A DNA stretch of 56,760 bases, taken from positions 1-56,760 of IMG/VR virus record IMGVR_UViG_3300022221_000010. The stretch is one strand, 5' to 3'. Origin of the DNA: a virus (lineage: Duplodnaviria > Caudoviricetes). The notes beneath the pieces were generated by a model. The model saw only the letters and a program-made list of their open reading frames with translations, had not been told where the DNA came from and searched no databases. Below, piece after piece: positions 46,374 to 56,511 of the stretch. Every line of letters starts with the position of its first letter. The first letter of the stretch is position 1. The position numbers were made by a program, and so were the translations under genes.

Positions 46374-47716
46374 TGTCATATAATTTCAACCGAAAAACAC
46401 GAGCATATGAAGTTGTTGATCTTTTACGTGAAACACCTTCGACCAATAAAAAAATTGAAATACTGGAAGAGGCAATAATTCGCGTACCACATTTCAAATC
46501 GATTCTTGAATACATGTACAATCCATTCAAGCAATATTATATTCGTGAACTTCCAGAAATGGATGAAAACAATCGTTTTAATCTGGAAAATTATTGGAAC
46601 AAATTCTTTCAACTATTGAATGTTCTTAATAATCGAAGTGTAACAGGTCACGAGGCACTTCGAATGGTTGATCAATATTTTGATTTTCTACCGGGTCGCG
46701 AAAAGGAAGTCGGTAAACTTATTTTCGGACGTTCGTTATCGGCTGGCGTTTCGGCTAAATCGATCAACAAAGCACATCCAGATTTAATTCCGGAATTTAC
46801 TGTTGCTAAGGCTAGATCGTTCACGAAAAAGAACATGGAAAGTATTAAATATCCCGCAATTATTCAGGAAAAGGTGGATGGTGCGCGATGTCTGGCATTT
46901 GTTGATAAAGAATCTGTCATACTCCGTAGTGGAAATGGAAATGTATTAACGACATATGGTGATTTGGAAAATCAGATTCTGGAGCTAAGAAAATCATTTA
47001 CTGGTGATTTTGTGTTAGATGGTGAGCTAATCGCACTGAATAAAAAGGGTGATGGATATCTGAAACGAAGAGCATCTAATGGCCTGTTCACAAAATCAAT
47101 TAAGGGAACAGTCTCAGAAGAAGAATTTGATAAATTCATTTTTGTTATATGGGATGTTATACCTCAAGATAAATATCTAGAGAGAAAATTCAATGTTCCG
47201 TATGCGAAACGTTTGGATATGTTGAATGTTGTGAAAGGATTCCCGAAACTACGTGTAGCAGAAACTCGTATTGTCGATTCTGAATATCAAGCACAACAAT
47301 TTTATCTAGAGATGATTGAACGTGGTTATGAAGGTGCTGTGATTAAAAATCAAGACAGTATCTGGGAACCCAAAAGGTTAAAAACTCACATCAAAATGAA
47401 AGTTGAGAAGGATTGTGATCTGCGTATTTCTGAAATTGTTGAAGGTGTCGGTAAATACGAGGGAAAGTTGGGCGCTTTCATGTGCAAATCAGAAGATGGA
47501 AAATTACTTGTGCGCGTTGGAAGCGGTTTTTCAGATGAACAGCGTGATTTATATTTTACGAGCAATTTAAAGGATAAAATTGTTACGGTGAATTTCAATG
47601 AAGTAATTGAAACTGAAGGTAAAAGAACGTCTAAAAGTCTTTACTTACCTATCTTTGTTGAAATTCGAGATGATAAAGATAAAGCTGATACACTAGAAAC
47701 CATAGAGGAAATGTAA
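46373..47716 (+). CDS. 30: ATP-dependent DNA ligase gp30
   Basis: EKVDGAR, LDGEL, EGAVIK, VGSGFSD, LYLPIF. Confidence 0.95.
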   Translation: MSYNFNRKTRAYEVVDLLRETPSTNKKIEILEEAIIRVPHFKSILEYMYNPFKQYYIRELPEMDENNRFNLENYWNKFFQLLNVLNNRSVTGHEALRMVDQYFDFLPGREKEVGKLIFGRSLSAGVSAKSINKAHPDLIPEFTVAKARSFTKKNMESIKYPAIIQEKVDGARCLAFVDKESVILRSGNGNVLTTYGDLENQILELRKSFTGDFVLDGELIALNKKGDGYLKRRASNGLFTKSIKGTVSEEEFDKFIFVIWDVIPQDKYLERKFNVPYAKRLDMLNVVKGFPKLRVAETRIVDSEYQAQQFYLEMIERGYEGAVIKNQDSIWEPKRLKTHIKMKVEKDCDLRISEIVEGVGKYEGKLGAFMCKSEDGKLLVRVGSGFSDEQRDLYFTSNLKDKIVTVNFNEVIETEGKRTSKSLYLPIFVEIRDDKDKADTLETIEEM

Positions 47717-47717
47717 C

Positions 47718-47939
47718 ATGGCATCACCAACATATTCAAACGATGGAAAGGTCGATCTTAGTTCAGGATTTGAAAGCCTTCCACAACTACTCGATCCTGC
47801 TGGGGAATTAGTCACTATTCCAATGTCCGAATATATCTCATTAAAAGAAGATAGAGATTTCCTGAATCGTCTTCAGGCGGCTGGTGTTGATAATTGGGAA
47901 GGTTACGACATGGCATGTGAAGAATTAGATATGGATTAA
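47718..47939 (+). CDS. hypothetical protein
   Basis: LQAAGVDNWEGYD motif. Confidence 0.7.
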   Translation: MASPTYSNDGKVDLSSGFESLPQLLDPAGELVTIPMSEYISLKEDRDFLNRLQAAGVDNWEGYDMACEELDMD

Positions 47940-47985
47940 TATAATTAAATGTGTATAATATTGCCCATTATTATGAGGTTAATTT

Positions 47986-48456
47986 ATGATTAATTCGTTT
48001 GATGGGCAATACCATTTCCTGAGTAATTTTTTTCCCGCACCTATCGAATATGAGGGTGTTGTTTGGCCAACTTCCGAGCATTTATATCAGGCAGCTAAAA
48101 CCTTAAATGTAGATGAGATTACCGATATTCTCTCTAATCCGAAACCGGGTGTCGCAAAACGTAAGGGTCAATGTGTCACAAAACGGGATACATGGGAAAC
48201 TGACAAATTTTTATTAATGGTTCGAATTGTTGGTTTAAAATTCGCTCAAAATGAAAATCTGTCAAAATTATTAATCGAAACTGGCGATGAATGGCTGGTT
48301 GAGGGTAATACATGGCACGACAATTTGTGGGGTGACTGTTATTGTGAAAAATGTAAATCCAAAATTGGTAAGAATTTATTAGGCACAATATTAATGAATA
48401 CTCGGTTACTCGCGAAAGGTGGATTAATAGAAACCGAATTCGATATTTGGTATTGA
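47986..48456 (+). CDS. NADAR (YbiA) family hydrolase
   Basis: FLSNF, SEHLYQAAK, KFAQN, LVEGNTWHDNLWG, GKNLLG. Confidence 0.92.
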   Translation: MINSFDGQYHFLSNFFPAPIEYEGVVWPTSEHLYQAAKTLNVDEITDILSNPKPGVAKRKGQCVTKRDTWETDKFLLMVRIVGLKFAQNENLSKLLIETGDEWLVEGNTWHDNLWGDCYCEKCKSKIGKNLLGTILMNTRLLAKGGLIETEFDIWY

Positions 48457-48480
48457 CAATTATAATCATATCAGTATAAT
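48453..48480 (+). promoter_or_regulatory. sigma70-like early promoter
   Basis: TTGACA-N16-TATAAT. Confidence 0.75.
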
Positions 48481-48507
48481 CATAATATAAAACATGGAGT
48501 TTATATT

Positions 48508-48708
48508 ATGAATACTGAATATTTAGAAAGAGCATATGACACAATGACATCTATACAGGCATCGAAAGTCAAAGATTTGGTTAATGACAACGGATGGGAA
48601 TTTTTAAATGTCGATTATGGTGGAATAGTGCGTCTTTCAAAAGAATCTGAAAGAGCTACTGTCAATCGAGCAGGATATGCCACCATGCGTAGAACGTCTC
48701 TTTCATAG
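48508..48708 (+). CDS. hypothetical protein
   Basis: GGAG RBS after promoter. Confidence 0.6.
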   Translation: MNTEYLERAYDTMTSIQASKVKDLVNDNGWEFLNVDYGGIVRLSKESERATVNRAGYATMRRTSLS

Positions 48709-48710
48709 TC

Positions 48711-48941
48711 ATGGATCATGAAATGGTGCAGCATATGCACAAATATCACGATGTCATGGATGACCATTCCTTTAATCGATGTATTGAATATATTCTAATA
48801 GGTCTCCAAAATGATGTGGACATCTATTGGAAATTTCTGGATAAATTCGGTGAATACGAGGCACATATATTAGAAGATATCAAAGCTTCTCTTGATGCTC
48901 TCAATTTAGCCAATAAACGAATTAAAAATAAAACGAATTAA
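48711..48941 (+). CDS. hypothetical protein
   Basis: Coupled ORF. Confidence 0.6.
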   Translation: MDHEMVQHMHKYHDVMDDHSFNRCIEYILIGLQNDVDIYWKFLDKFGEYEAHILEDIKASLDALNLANKRIKNKTN

Positions 48942-48944
48942 TAC

Positions 48945-48972
48945 TTGCAATTTATATCTAAATCAATATAAT
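48945..48972 (+). promoter_or_regulatory. sigma70-like early promoter
   Basis: TTGCAA-N16-TATAAT. Confidence 0.7.
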
Positions 48973-49002
48973 GATTATATAGATTAAAAAGAGGCATTAA
49001 TT

Positions 49003-49773
49003 ATGTTCAACGAAAGATTTTACATTTCATCCGGTAGACTGAATAAGCTCTACACATTGCGTCATGCCTTCAAAGAGACTATGTATTCTCGCAACGGTTC
49101 GTATGTAGTTGATCGTGATCATCATGTTGCATCCTTGTCGAACGATTGGGAAACTGCTGTTAGTAAAGCGACTGCAATGGTTGGTCCTGATGCTAAATTT
49201 TATGTTGGTGAGAAATTTGAATTGGGTGTGATTACGCACCGATCACCTGAAGATGTACTGGCCGAAAGGGTATCAGAAGCCAAATTCTTCAATATTACAG
49301 CCTTCGAACGCAATCGTGATCGATGGATTAAAAGTCCATGGAAATTCGACGGCAAAACAATTCCTGAATTTGCTAAAACTGATCCTGAGAAATTGTTGTG
49401 GTTTGTTGAGAACAAAGATTCTCTATCACATCACGCGAAACGATTTGCGGAATTCGCTGAATTCTACTTAGAAACCAATGAACTTGTCATGCCGGATAAA
49501 GAAGAATGTCCTAACGGCACGCGTGCGACCATTGAAGGTACAATCGTGAATGTTAACACTAAAGAAAATGATTTTGGTGTTCGTTATGTCATGACAGTCA
49601 AGGATGATCGAGGTTTTAATGTTTGGGGAACTATTCCACGTTCTTTGGACGGTTCACTTGATGAGATGAAAGGTAAGCGAGTGAAATTTGATGCTGCTTT
49701 GACTCGATCTGATACGGATGATTATTTCGGTTTCTTTAAGCGTCCAACAAAAGCATCATACCTTGATGGATGA
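49003..49773 (+). CDS. hypothetical protein with C-terminal OB-fold-like domain
   Basis: RATIEGTIV...GFNVWGT...VKFDA...FGFFKRP beta-rich C-terminus. Confidence 0.7.
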   Translation: MFNERFYISSGRLNKLYTLRHAFKETMYSRNGSYVVDRDHHVASLSNDWETAVSKATAMVGPDAKFYVGEKFELGVITHRSPEDVLAERVSEAKFFNITAFERNRDRWIKSPWKFDGKTIPEFAKTDPEKLLWFVENKDSLSHHAKRFAEFAEFYLETNELVMPDKEECPNGTRATIEGTIVNVNTKENDFGVRYVMTVKDDRGFNVWGTIPRSLDGSLDEMKGKRVKFDAALTRSDTDDYFGFFKRPTKASYLDG

Positions 49774-49942
49774 TTCAACCTTTAACACATTACGCGCAGC
49801 GGTCAACCTCGCTAAAGAATATCAGGTTCAAAAAGTTGATGATCTTCGCGTAATGTTGATCAGTCGGGAATATGAAAGAGATTCAATCGACGCCGCTCTT
49901 TTATATTGGTCGAAGCATATTAATAAACATGGCGTAAATTAA
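49766..49942 (+). CDS. hypothetical protein
   Basis: Overlapping ATG (MDDSTF...). Confidence 0.55.
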   Translation: MDDSTFNTLRAAVNLAKEYQVQKVDDLRVMLISREYERDSIDAALLYWSKHINKHGVN

Positions 49943-50044
49943 AATTCTCTGATTATTTGATAAATAATTATTCACAATAATTTGTGTATAATTTAAACAC
50001 TAGATATAATGTTTATTCAAATCAATTTTTAGAGAAATAATTAA

Positions 50045-50395
50045 ATGTCAGAACAAGAATTCGTAGTACGCCACTTTAAATTTAAAAGTGGTGAAGAAAT
50101 AATCGCATGTGTTCATAATGTAACAGATGACGGTAATGGTAATATCTACAATATAATCGAACCTGTAACCATTTATATGAATCCACAAGATCACCAGCAA
50201 TTATCATTTGTTGTGTGGTGTATGTTTGCGAACGAACGCGTATTTAATATCAATTCAGCGGATTTATTATTTAAACCATCTGAAGTAGATGAAGGTATCG
50301 TGGGTGAATATCACAAGCGATTCTTTCAAGATCAGGAAGCATCGAACGATTCAAATATAATAATTCCAAATAATAATATTATATTGACCCAATAA
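50045..50395 (+). CDS. conserved T4-like small beta-barrel (Sm-like) protein
   Basis: FKFKSGEEIIA motif. Confidence 0.7.
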   Translation: MSEQEFVVRHFKFKSGEEIIACVHNVTDDGNGNIYNIIEPVTIYMNPQDHQQLSFVVWCMFANERVFNINSADLLFKPSEVDEGIVGEYHKRFFQDQEASNDSNIIIPNNNIILTQ

Positions 50396-50471
50396 TTTGC
50401 ATTTTAATTTTAATGCAAATATAATCCCATCCACTCAAAAGAGTATTTTTTAAATATATAGGAAATTAAAT

Positions 50472-50648
50472 ATGTCAAAACAAAATAAATATAGCGCGAT
50501 GTCTGTTCGCTCCGGTATCATTAATTATATGGGTACTCGGAAAACTCCCCCAACAATCGATCAGATTGTCGCGAAAACTGGTTACAATCGAAAGTCAGTT
50601 GTTAATCGTTATGCAGAAATTCGTCGTGAAATGGGAATTGTTCTCTAA
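50472..50648 (+). CDS. small HTH-like protein (58 aa)
   Basis: PTIDQIVAKTGYNRKSVVNRYAEI; AGGA RBS; coupled to dsbA. Confidence 0.6.
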   Translation: MSKQNKYSAMSVRSGIINYMGTRKTPPTIDQIVAKTGYNRKSVVNRYAEIRREMGIVL

Positions 50649-50923
50649 TGACGAATTCAATCATTATTCCTTCCGATCCCGAAAGCCGTAGAAAGCTGAA
50701 AGGGTATGTCAAAGAAATTGAAGTGGAATTGTGTCGAATGGATGCTGCACGTCAAAGCATCAAAGACATACTTGAGACTGTTAAAATGGAATCCGAAATT
50801 CCACCAAAATATGTCAAAAAGTGTGCAAATGTTTTTCACAAGCAAAATTTTGAGGCTCAGAGAACCGAGTCTGAAGATTTCGCAACATTGTTTGAAACAT
50901 TGTTTCAGGAGAGTGAGGGGTAA
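50648..50923 (+). CDS. dsbA: dsDNA-binding protein DsbA
   Basis: Length, sequence pattern and synteny dsbA-33-59-32. Confidence 0.75.
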   Translation: MTNSIIIPSDPESRRKLKGYVKEIEVELCRMDAARQSIKDILETVKMESEIPPKYVKKCANVFHKQNFEAQRTESEDFATLFETLFQESEG

Positions 50924-50938
50924 TCCCTCGCTCTTATT

Positions 50939-51157
50939 ATGATGGCTGTTGACGGTATAACATTCTCGAACACTGTAGTGAAATTTATGGATGAGGATCG
51001 CGACAGTTGGATTTCTGGAATTATAAAAACTGCTGACCATTTCGGTATTGAACTGAAAGATGTTCGCGAACTTTTATCAACCGATGTAATGGAAAAACTG
51101 GAACAGGAAAGCATTACATCAAATTTAATTAAGGTGGAATCTAAATTGCCAATATGA
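50939..51157 (+). CDS. 33: late transcription coactivator gp33
   Basis: FSNTV...EKLEQESITSNLIK...KLPI; synteny. Confidence 0.75.
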   Translation: MMAVDGITFSNTVVKFMDEDRDSWISGIIKTADHFGIELKDVRELLSTDVMEKLEQESITSNLIKVESKLPI

Positions 51158-51744
51158 CCGGAGAAGAAACATACCAGAATTATTGTGCATTAAAGGCACA
51201 TTTTAATTCAGAAAGTTTTAATTTTCTCAAATATGGCAAAACCAAATATTATAACTGGGATAGAAGAAGAGATAAACCATTTTTCGAATTTATCGCAAAC
51301 AAATTACCATCTTCTGAAATAGTTCCTTTTTTTGTTGCTAACTTTATTCGCAACAATGATATTTGGATTGGAGAAATATCATATAGAGAAGGTTATGATG
51401 TTTATCTGAAGTGGAAAGGTCGGGTAGAATCTTTATCCTACACATTCACCGAGGATATGAAAAATATTAAAGAATTTTTATCAGACAGGAATTTGAAATT
51501 TATTTCTTTGTTTGATATAAATAACAATCATCCGATCATATTTCGATTTTTACTGAGTGATATGATTACGATTGAAACATTTGTTATTATGAATAGTATT
51601 CAAAATTATTTTAATCTGTTTACTAAAAAATTATACGATGATTTACTATGGGAAAAATGGTGCATGATTTGCACCAAATACGATTATTTTCTTAAATATG
51701 ACATGAATAAATTTAAGGAAATACTGAAAAATCAGTTCGTATAA
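51154..51744 (+). CDS. 59: helicase loader gp59
   Basis: YCALKAHF, RRDKPFF, FFVANF, ITIETF. Confidence 0.9.
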   Translation: MTGEETYQNYCALKAHFNSESFNFLKYGKTKYYNWDRRRDKPFFEFIANKLPSSEIVPFFVANFIRNNDIWIGEISYREGYDVYLKWKGRVESLSYTFTEDMKNIKEFLSDRNLKFISLFDINNNHPIIFRFLLSDMITIETFVIMNSIQNYFNLFTKKLYDDLLWEKWCMICTKYDYFLKYDMNKFKEILKNQFV

Positions 51745-51747
51745 ATA
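51740..51747 (+). promoter_or_regulatory. T4-type late promoter of gene 32
   Basis: TATAAATA. Confidence 0.65.
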
Positions 51748-51797
51748 CTACTACATGCAGGTCATGTAAACGTTTAAAAATATTTTGGAGGCTAATA

Positions 51798-52724
51798 ATG
51801 CCAAGTTTTAAAGATTTAAAAAAGAACAGAATGGGTAGAACCCAACTCGCAGATCGTCTAGAAAAGGATGATAAAGGTAAATACCAACAAGACGAAAGAA
51901 TCTATTATCCGGTCCGTGATAAAGATGGCAATGCAAAAGTCGTCATTCGTTTTCTTCCCGAAAAGGAAACTGATCTTCCCCGCGTCAAAACATACAACCA
52001 TGGATTTAAGGGTCAGGGTGGCTGGTTAGTCACTGAATGTCCAACTACCATCGGTAAACCGTGTCCAGTATGTGAAATCAATTCTAAACTGGTTGACGAA
52101 CATGGTGGCAAATTCGATTCATGTCCAGAAGACGTAATCAAAACCGTTCGTAATCGAAAGCGTAAATTATCTTTCTATTCGAATATTATGGTTATTAAAG
52201 ATTCTGCCAATCCTGAAAAGGAAGGTAAAGTTTTCTTAATGAAGTATGGTACAAAAATTAATGCTAAAATCAAGAATGCATTACAGCCAGACTTCGACGA
52301 TGAAACACCGATCAATGTTTTTGATATGTGGGAAGGTGCGGATTTTACATGGATCATTAAAAAGGAAGATGGTCAGACTGATTACAGTCAATCCTATTTT
52401 GATAAGGAGCCTAGTGCTATTTCTGATGATGATACTGTCATGGAAAAAATCTACAATGACATGTATGATCTTAATGAATTTATTGCCGATGAAAGATTCC
52501 AATCCTACGACGATATTAAACAACGTCTAGATAAGGTTCTCGGTGTAGAAAGTTCATTACCAGCATCTAATGAAAACAGTGCGCGTGCTAGTGATGTGTC
52601 AAAATCCGTTGATCAGTCAGATGGTTCAGCGGTGGAATTACCTACAGGCACACTGGTCGATTCGACTGATGATAAAGACAGCTTGTCATTTTTCGAAGGT
52701 CTTGCCGATGACGATGACGATTAG
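51798..52724 (+). CDS. 32: single-stranded DNA-binding protein gp32
   Basis: VIRFLP, HGF, CPTTIGKPCPVC, RKRKL, acidic C-terminus. Confidence 0.95.
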   Translation: MPSFKDLKKNRMGRTQLADRLEKDDKGKYQQDERIYYPVRDKDGNAKVVIRFLPEKETDLPRVKTYNHGFKGQGGWLVTECPTTIGKPCPVCEINSKLVDEHGGKFDSCPEDVIKTVRNRKRKLSFYSNIMVIKDSANPEKEGKVFLMKYGTKINAKIKNALQPDFDDETPINVFDMWEGADFTWIIKKEDGQTDYSQSYFDKEPSAISDDDTVMEKIYNDMYDLNEFIADERFQSYDDIKQRLDKVLGVESSLPASNENSARASDVSKSVDQSDGSAVELPTGTLVDSTDDKDSLSFFEGLADDDDD

Positions 52725-52744
52725 TCAATAAGTTAAGTAACAAA

Positions 52745-52780
52745 CCAACTCCATCATTACTGAGTTTTTGATGGAGTTGG
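52745..52780. terminator. hairpin at convergent gene ends
   Basis: CCAACTCCATCA/TGATGGAGTTGG inverted repeat. Confidence 0.55.
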
Positions 52781-54505
52781 ACCCCTAGTATATATTCCAG
52801 ACGAATTAAAAGTTTTACTATTATCAACATTCATATTAGCATTAGACATAGATTGAATTGAAGCTGGTTCGGATGAAGGTTTATTCATCAATAATCGATT
52901 AAATGCTGATTCCTGTTTTAGTTTTTCAACAGTCGCAGATTTATCCGGAACCATCAGTTTGTAATCTCCCATCACATCCGTTTTAAATGATTTAATATCT
53001 GGGATTTCAATTCCCATCATTTTTAGGAAAGTCTTAGCTCCACTACCAATAGTATCAAAAAATCCAAAGAACATTTGTTTGATGCTGTTAACCTTATCAT
53101 CGAATTCACGTTTAGCACTATCAAAAGCCGATGTGATCCATCCGTCAATTTCAGAAACAATTTTGCTAAATACACCAACAACATCATCAATCATACCTTT
53201 TATTATGACTGGTATTTTGTTTATTGCATCAACGGTTTCTTCTTTAATATTAAATCCGGTGATTTTTGTGATCGATTCATTCATAGATGACAACCAATCG
53301 GTTAAACCCATCATGTCAGAAAATGATGCTGCTGCATTTTTAATCACATCAAAAATTTTACCGAATCCTTCAATGAAAGTTTTCGCCCCATCAGATATTT
53401 TATGTTCGAATTCAGAAAAACCAATTTGACCAGTTAACAATTTAAACAATGTTGATAAAGTTCTAAATGGAGTCATTAATACATCTAATAAACCATTCAT
53501 TAAAGGTGCGACCTTATCACCAACAGTTTTAGCATCGAGCATACCAAAGGAAATAAATTCGAGCACACCACCTAGGAAATGACTTATCGCATTACCCATA
53601 TTGCCAGATTTAGCATATTCCTTCAATGCATCATCAATACCACCAAACAGTGAACCGATCAATGCGGTTATTACACCACCTTTCAATAAACCTTTAAATA
53701 ATTTAACAGGTAATGAAGATGCCGCCGCTCTAGCTCCACCCTTTAATGCTTCACCACCCGCTGAAGCCATAGCCAAATCAGCACCCGTAATTCCACCACC
53801 ATCTTTTTTCATCAGATCGTGAATTAATTCTAGCCACATAACCGATTCTTCAACATGATCAACTAATGCATCAGATGAATCTTGTTGTTTTGCGGCTGCA
53901 ACTAAATTTTCTCGACGTGTCTCCATGTCTTCTTTTTCGGATTTTTCTGGACGGTCTAATTTCTTTTCGATTTCTTCGCGCACGCCTTGTGCAAAATCTG
54001 CTAATTGTGATTTTTCGGCTGATCGATTTTCTAATCCTTCTTTTAACTTACCAATTCCACCCGCTGTTACTGCTGCCAAAAGTGGAGAATCTGCAACCAC
54101 ACCGACAATAACACCAGTGATCGAGTCGATGTGTTTCGTTAATTTTTCAGTTAAACCTTTAGTGAAGGTATTATTTTGGCTGATACCCTTTTTAGTTTCC
54201 GCAACTAAAGCTGTCATTTCTGCACGTTCTTTGTCATCCTCAATGGCTGACAGAGATTTCTCAAGGATTCTTAATTGCTTTTTGCGATAGACTAATTCAG
54301 ATTTGGTCGATGAAGATACGCCTCTATTCAGCGTTATTAATTCATCGCGAATTTTCATGGATGTCTCATCAGATGAATCATTTCGATTCTTTTCGATTTC
54401 AGCTAATCGATTCTTCTCATCTTGCTCCAAACGTTTACGATAAGATCGCTCAGACGCACCTACGCGCTCTGCTGCTTGTCTTATTCCATCATCGTTATTG
54501 GCCAT
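52757..54505 (-). CDS. tail length tape measure / gp29-like baseplate hub protein
   Basis: Long helical Ala/Gly-rich protein with amphipathic repeats downstream of gp26/gp51. Confidence 0.75.
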   Translation of the reverse strand: MANNDDGIRQAAERVGASERSYRKRLEQDEKNRLAEIEKNRNDSSDETSMKIRDELITLNRGVSSSTKSELVYRKKQLRILEKSLSAIEDDKERAEMTALVAETKKGISQNNTFTKGLTEKLTKHIDSITGVIVGVVADSPLLAAVTAGGIGKLKEGLENRSAEKSQLADFAQGVREEIEKKLDRPEKSEKEDMETRRENLVAAAKQQDSSDALVDHVEESVMWLELIHDLMKKDGGGITGADLAMASAGGEALKGGARAAASSLPVKLFKGLLKGGVITALIGSLFGGIDDALKEYAKSGNMGNAISHFLGGVLEFISFGMLDAKTVGDKVAPLMNGLLDVLMTPFRTLSTLFKLLTGQIGFSEFEHKISDGAKTFIEGFGKIFDVIKNAAASFSDMMGLTDWLSSMNESITKITGFNIKEETVDAINKIPVIIKGMIDDVVGVFSKIVSEIDGWITSAFDSAKREFDDKVNSIKQMFFGFFDTIGSGAKTFLKMMGIEIPDIKSFKTDVMGDYKLMVPDKSATVEKLKQESAFNRLLMNKPSSEPASIQSMSNANMNVDNSKTFNSSGIYTRGPTPSKTQ

Positions 54506-54680
54506 TGGCTTTTTCCCTTTCGTCCTGTAGACGTTTAATAAGTAGGCTTACGTATATATCCCGCTCCCACGGAACCATATTTTCAATTTCTGTTAAAGTG
54601 TATGTGTGGTCATTGACTAGCTGAGAATTCAATTGAAAATAAGATTGAAGATTTTCTTCGGCTAGTCCAATGCTAAAAAA
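54495..54680 (-). CDS. gp51-like ORF without an upstream ATG, probably reached by -1 frameshift from gp26
   Basis: Open frame FFSIGLAEENLQSYFQLNSQL...EIENMVPWERDIYVSLL...; MxPWER-IY motif of T4-like gp51. Confidence 0.75.
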   Translation of the reverse strand, partial: FFSIGLAEENLQSYFQLNSQLVNDHTYTLTEIENMVPWERDIYVSLLIKRLQDEREKANGQ

Positions 54681-55366
54681 GATTTCAAGCCACTCAGTTT
54701 AACAGTTGATTCATCCTTACAAGCTGGACATTTGATCTTTTTATTCCATACCAAACTAGGCATCTTTTTGAAAAAATTATCAATTTCTTTAAATTTATCT
54801 TCAGAGATGGATTCCATGAATTCATCTAAAGCTTCTTCACTACTATCTTCCGATTTAAATACTTCATCTTCAGTGAAAATACAATCGATAGAATCTCGAA
54901 TCATTTTGAATTGATCATTAACTGTCATATCTTCGGACAACGATTCGACGGTCCTGAATGATGGATAGTTTAAAATGATTCCGATGTCACCTTCTATCAT
55001 AATTTTATTCTCAGGCATTTTGCCAGATATTTTGACATCATCCAGATTAATATTCATTTCAGAAGTTGCATCACATTTAGGACACTTTCGAACAAGATCG
55101 ACGGTTTCACCTTTGGATTTTTTTCTTAATTCAAGGAATAACCACTCAACGTCAACCACAGGTAAATCATTCACATTCAACAATCCAAACGTACAGTTTT
55201 CAATAACGTTTTTAATGGCCTGAATCATATCTTCAGTTGATCCAGATTCGATAGCCAGTAGGAATATCTTTTCTTCTTTCACAAGAAATGGTCGATACTC
55301 TATTTTCTCATTAGAAGATGGTAGAGTTGTTTTATATTTCGTTACTGATAATGTCGGTAATGTCAT
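54662..55366 (-). CDS. 26: baseplate hub assembly protein gp26
   Basis: LPSS...YRPFLVKEEK, DVEWLFL-LR-KSKGE, two CxxC. Confidence 0.9.
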   Translation of the reverse strand: MTLPTLSVTKYKTTLPSSNEKIEYRPFLVKEEKIFLLAIESGSTEDMIQAIKNVIENCTFGLLNVNDLPVVDVEWLFLELRKKSKGETVDLVRKCPKCDATSEMNINLDDVKISGKMPENKIMIEGDIGIILNYPSFRTVESLSEDMTVNDQFKMIRDSIDCIFTEDEVFKSEDSSEEALDEFMESISEDKFKEIDNFFKKMPSLVWNKKIKCPACKDESTVKLSGLKSFLALD

Positions 55367-55375
55367 TTGAAATCC

Positions 55376-56131
55376 TTAATTAATTCTTGATTGTGATGTA
55401 CCTTCCTTGTTGATTGACGATGCTCCGGCAATTAATTTGCGGGTAATTAAATCATCATATTGGGTATTTCCATGTATGCCCAACGAATTCTTAACGAATC
55501 CAAAAAGTTCACTAGGTAGGCTCTCAAATGCCGTAGACAAATTGAATAATCCTTCTCTAGACTCAAAGTATTTATACGTCAAAGAAACATTGAATGTTGA
55601 TATAGTATCCGATGATTCATATGCCATTCCAATTTCACTGATTGATATAGGATAAGCTTCTTTCAATGTCACGATTCGAGTTTTTTTACCTACCATATCT
55701 ACTTGAGCAATTTCGATATCGGTTGTGAAACGAGAATAATATTCCATATATTTTGATTTAATAATTTGAGGTGGTATACCATCTTGAATATCATCTGAAT
55801 TTCTCGAATCAATTTGTTTTTCTGTAATATTGTTCATCCATGTATTAAATACTTCCCATTCGCGCATTTCGGCATCTAAATAAAATGACATGGTAACAGG
55901 TTGATAAATTCGATCATATGGAACTTTAACTAAAGGACCAGTGATACGATCATCAATCGTTCCAATATTACGCGCTGGCCAAGTAACCGAATTACAATTA
56001 AGCGCTACCTTTCTAGGGTCTTTTAATTTATCCCAATCCACAATTTTAATTGGAAGAGAAACAGCATATCTATTTGGTCGCGCATAATCGTTAACCGCTG
56101 CTTTAAAATTGTAAATAGTATTGATCGACAT
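55376..56131 (-). CDS. tail tube initiator gp54-like (tail-tube fold)
   Basis: ARPNRY, PYDRIY, EAYPISI and FNVSLTY motifs; minus-strand TATAAATA at 56161-56168. Confidence 0.75.
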   Translation of the reverse strand: MSINTIYNFKAAVNDYARPNRYAVSLPIKIVDWDKLKDPRKVALNCNSVTWPARNIGTIDDRITGPLVKVPYDRIYQPVTMSFYLDAEMREWEVFNTWMNNITEKQIDSRNSDDIQDGIPPQIIKSKYMEYYSRFTTDIEIAQVDMVGKKTRIVTLKEAYPISISEIGMAYESSDTISTFNVSLTYKYFESREGLFNLSTAFESLPSELFGFVKNSLGIHGNTQYDDLITRKLIAGASSINKEGTSQSRIN

Positions 56132-56511
56132 TTATTTTTAATGTATTATTAGAATATTAATATTTATAACTAATCAAAAGTATATGCCAAAAAATGAAAA
56201 ACAAATGAATAATAAAGATCAAGAAATTAGACTTCTGGACGCACCTGAATATGTTGGATTTTGGAGGCTTAGTGATATTAACTTTCAAACTAAGGTTAGA
56301 CCAAATCGATTTCATCAATTTTTTTGTAAACTGATACTAGGAATTGAATGGTATGACCGCTAGAAAAATCGCAGAAGCCGAATTAATGAAAGAACGTTTT
56401 CGAGAAGAAGTGGAACTTGAGAAAGCAAAGCTGCGCCGGAAAAGGAAATACATCTTTCCATGGCGTATTCGTGTTAAAATTATCAACTTAAACGATGAAG
56501 GTAATAAATAA

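Noticed and set aside
51752-51768. Gene 32 autoregulatory pseudoknot
   Set aside because: Only a short TACATG/CATGTA hairpin is visible, with no second stem
53075-55655. Several plus-strand ORFs
   Set aside because: Antisense shadows of the tape measure, gp26 and gp54-like genes
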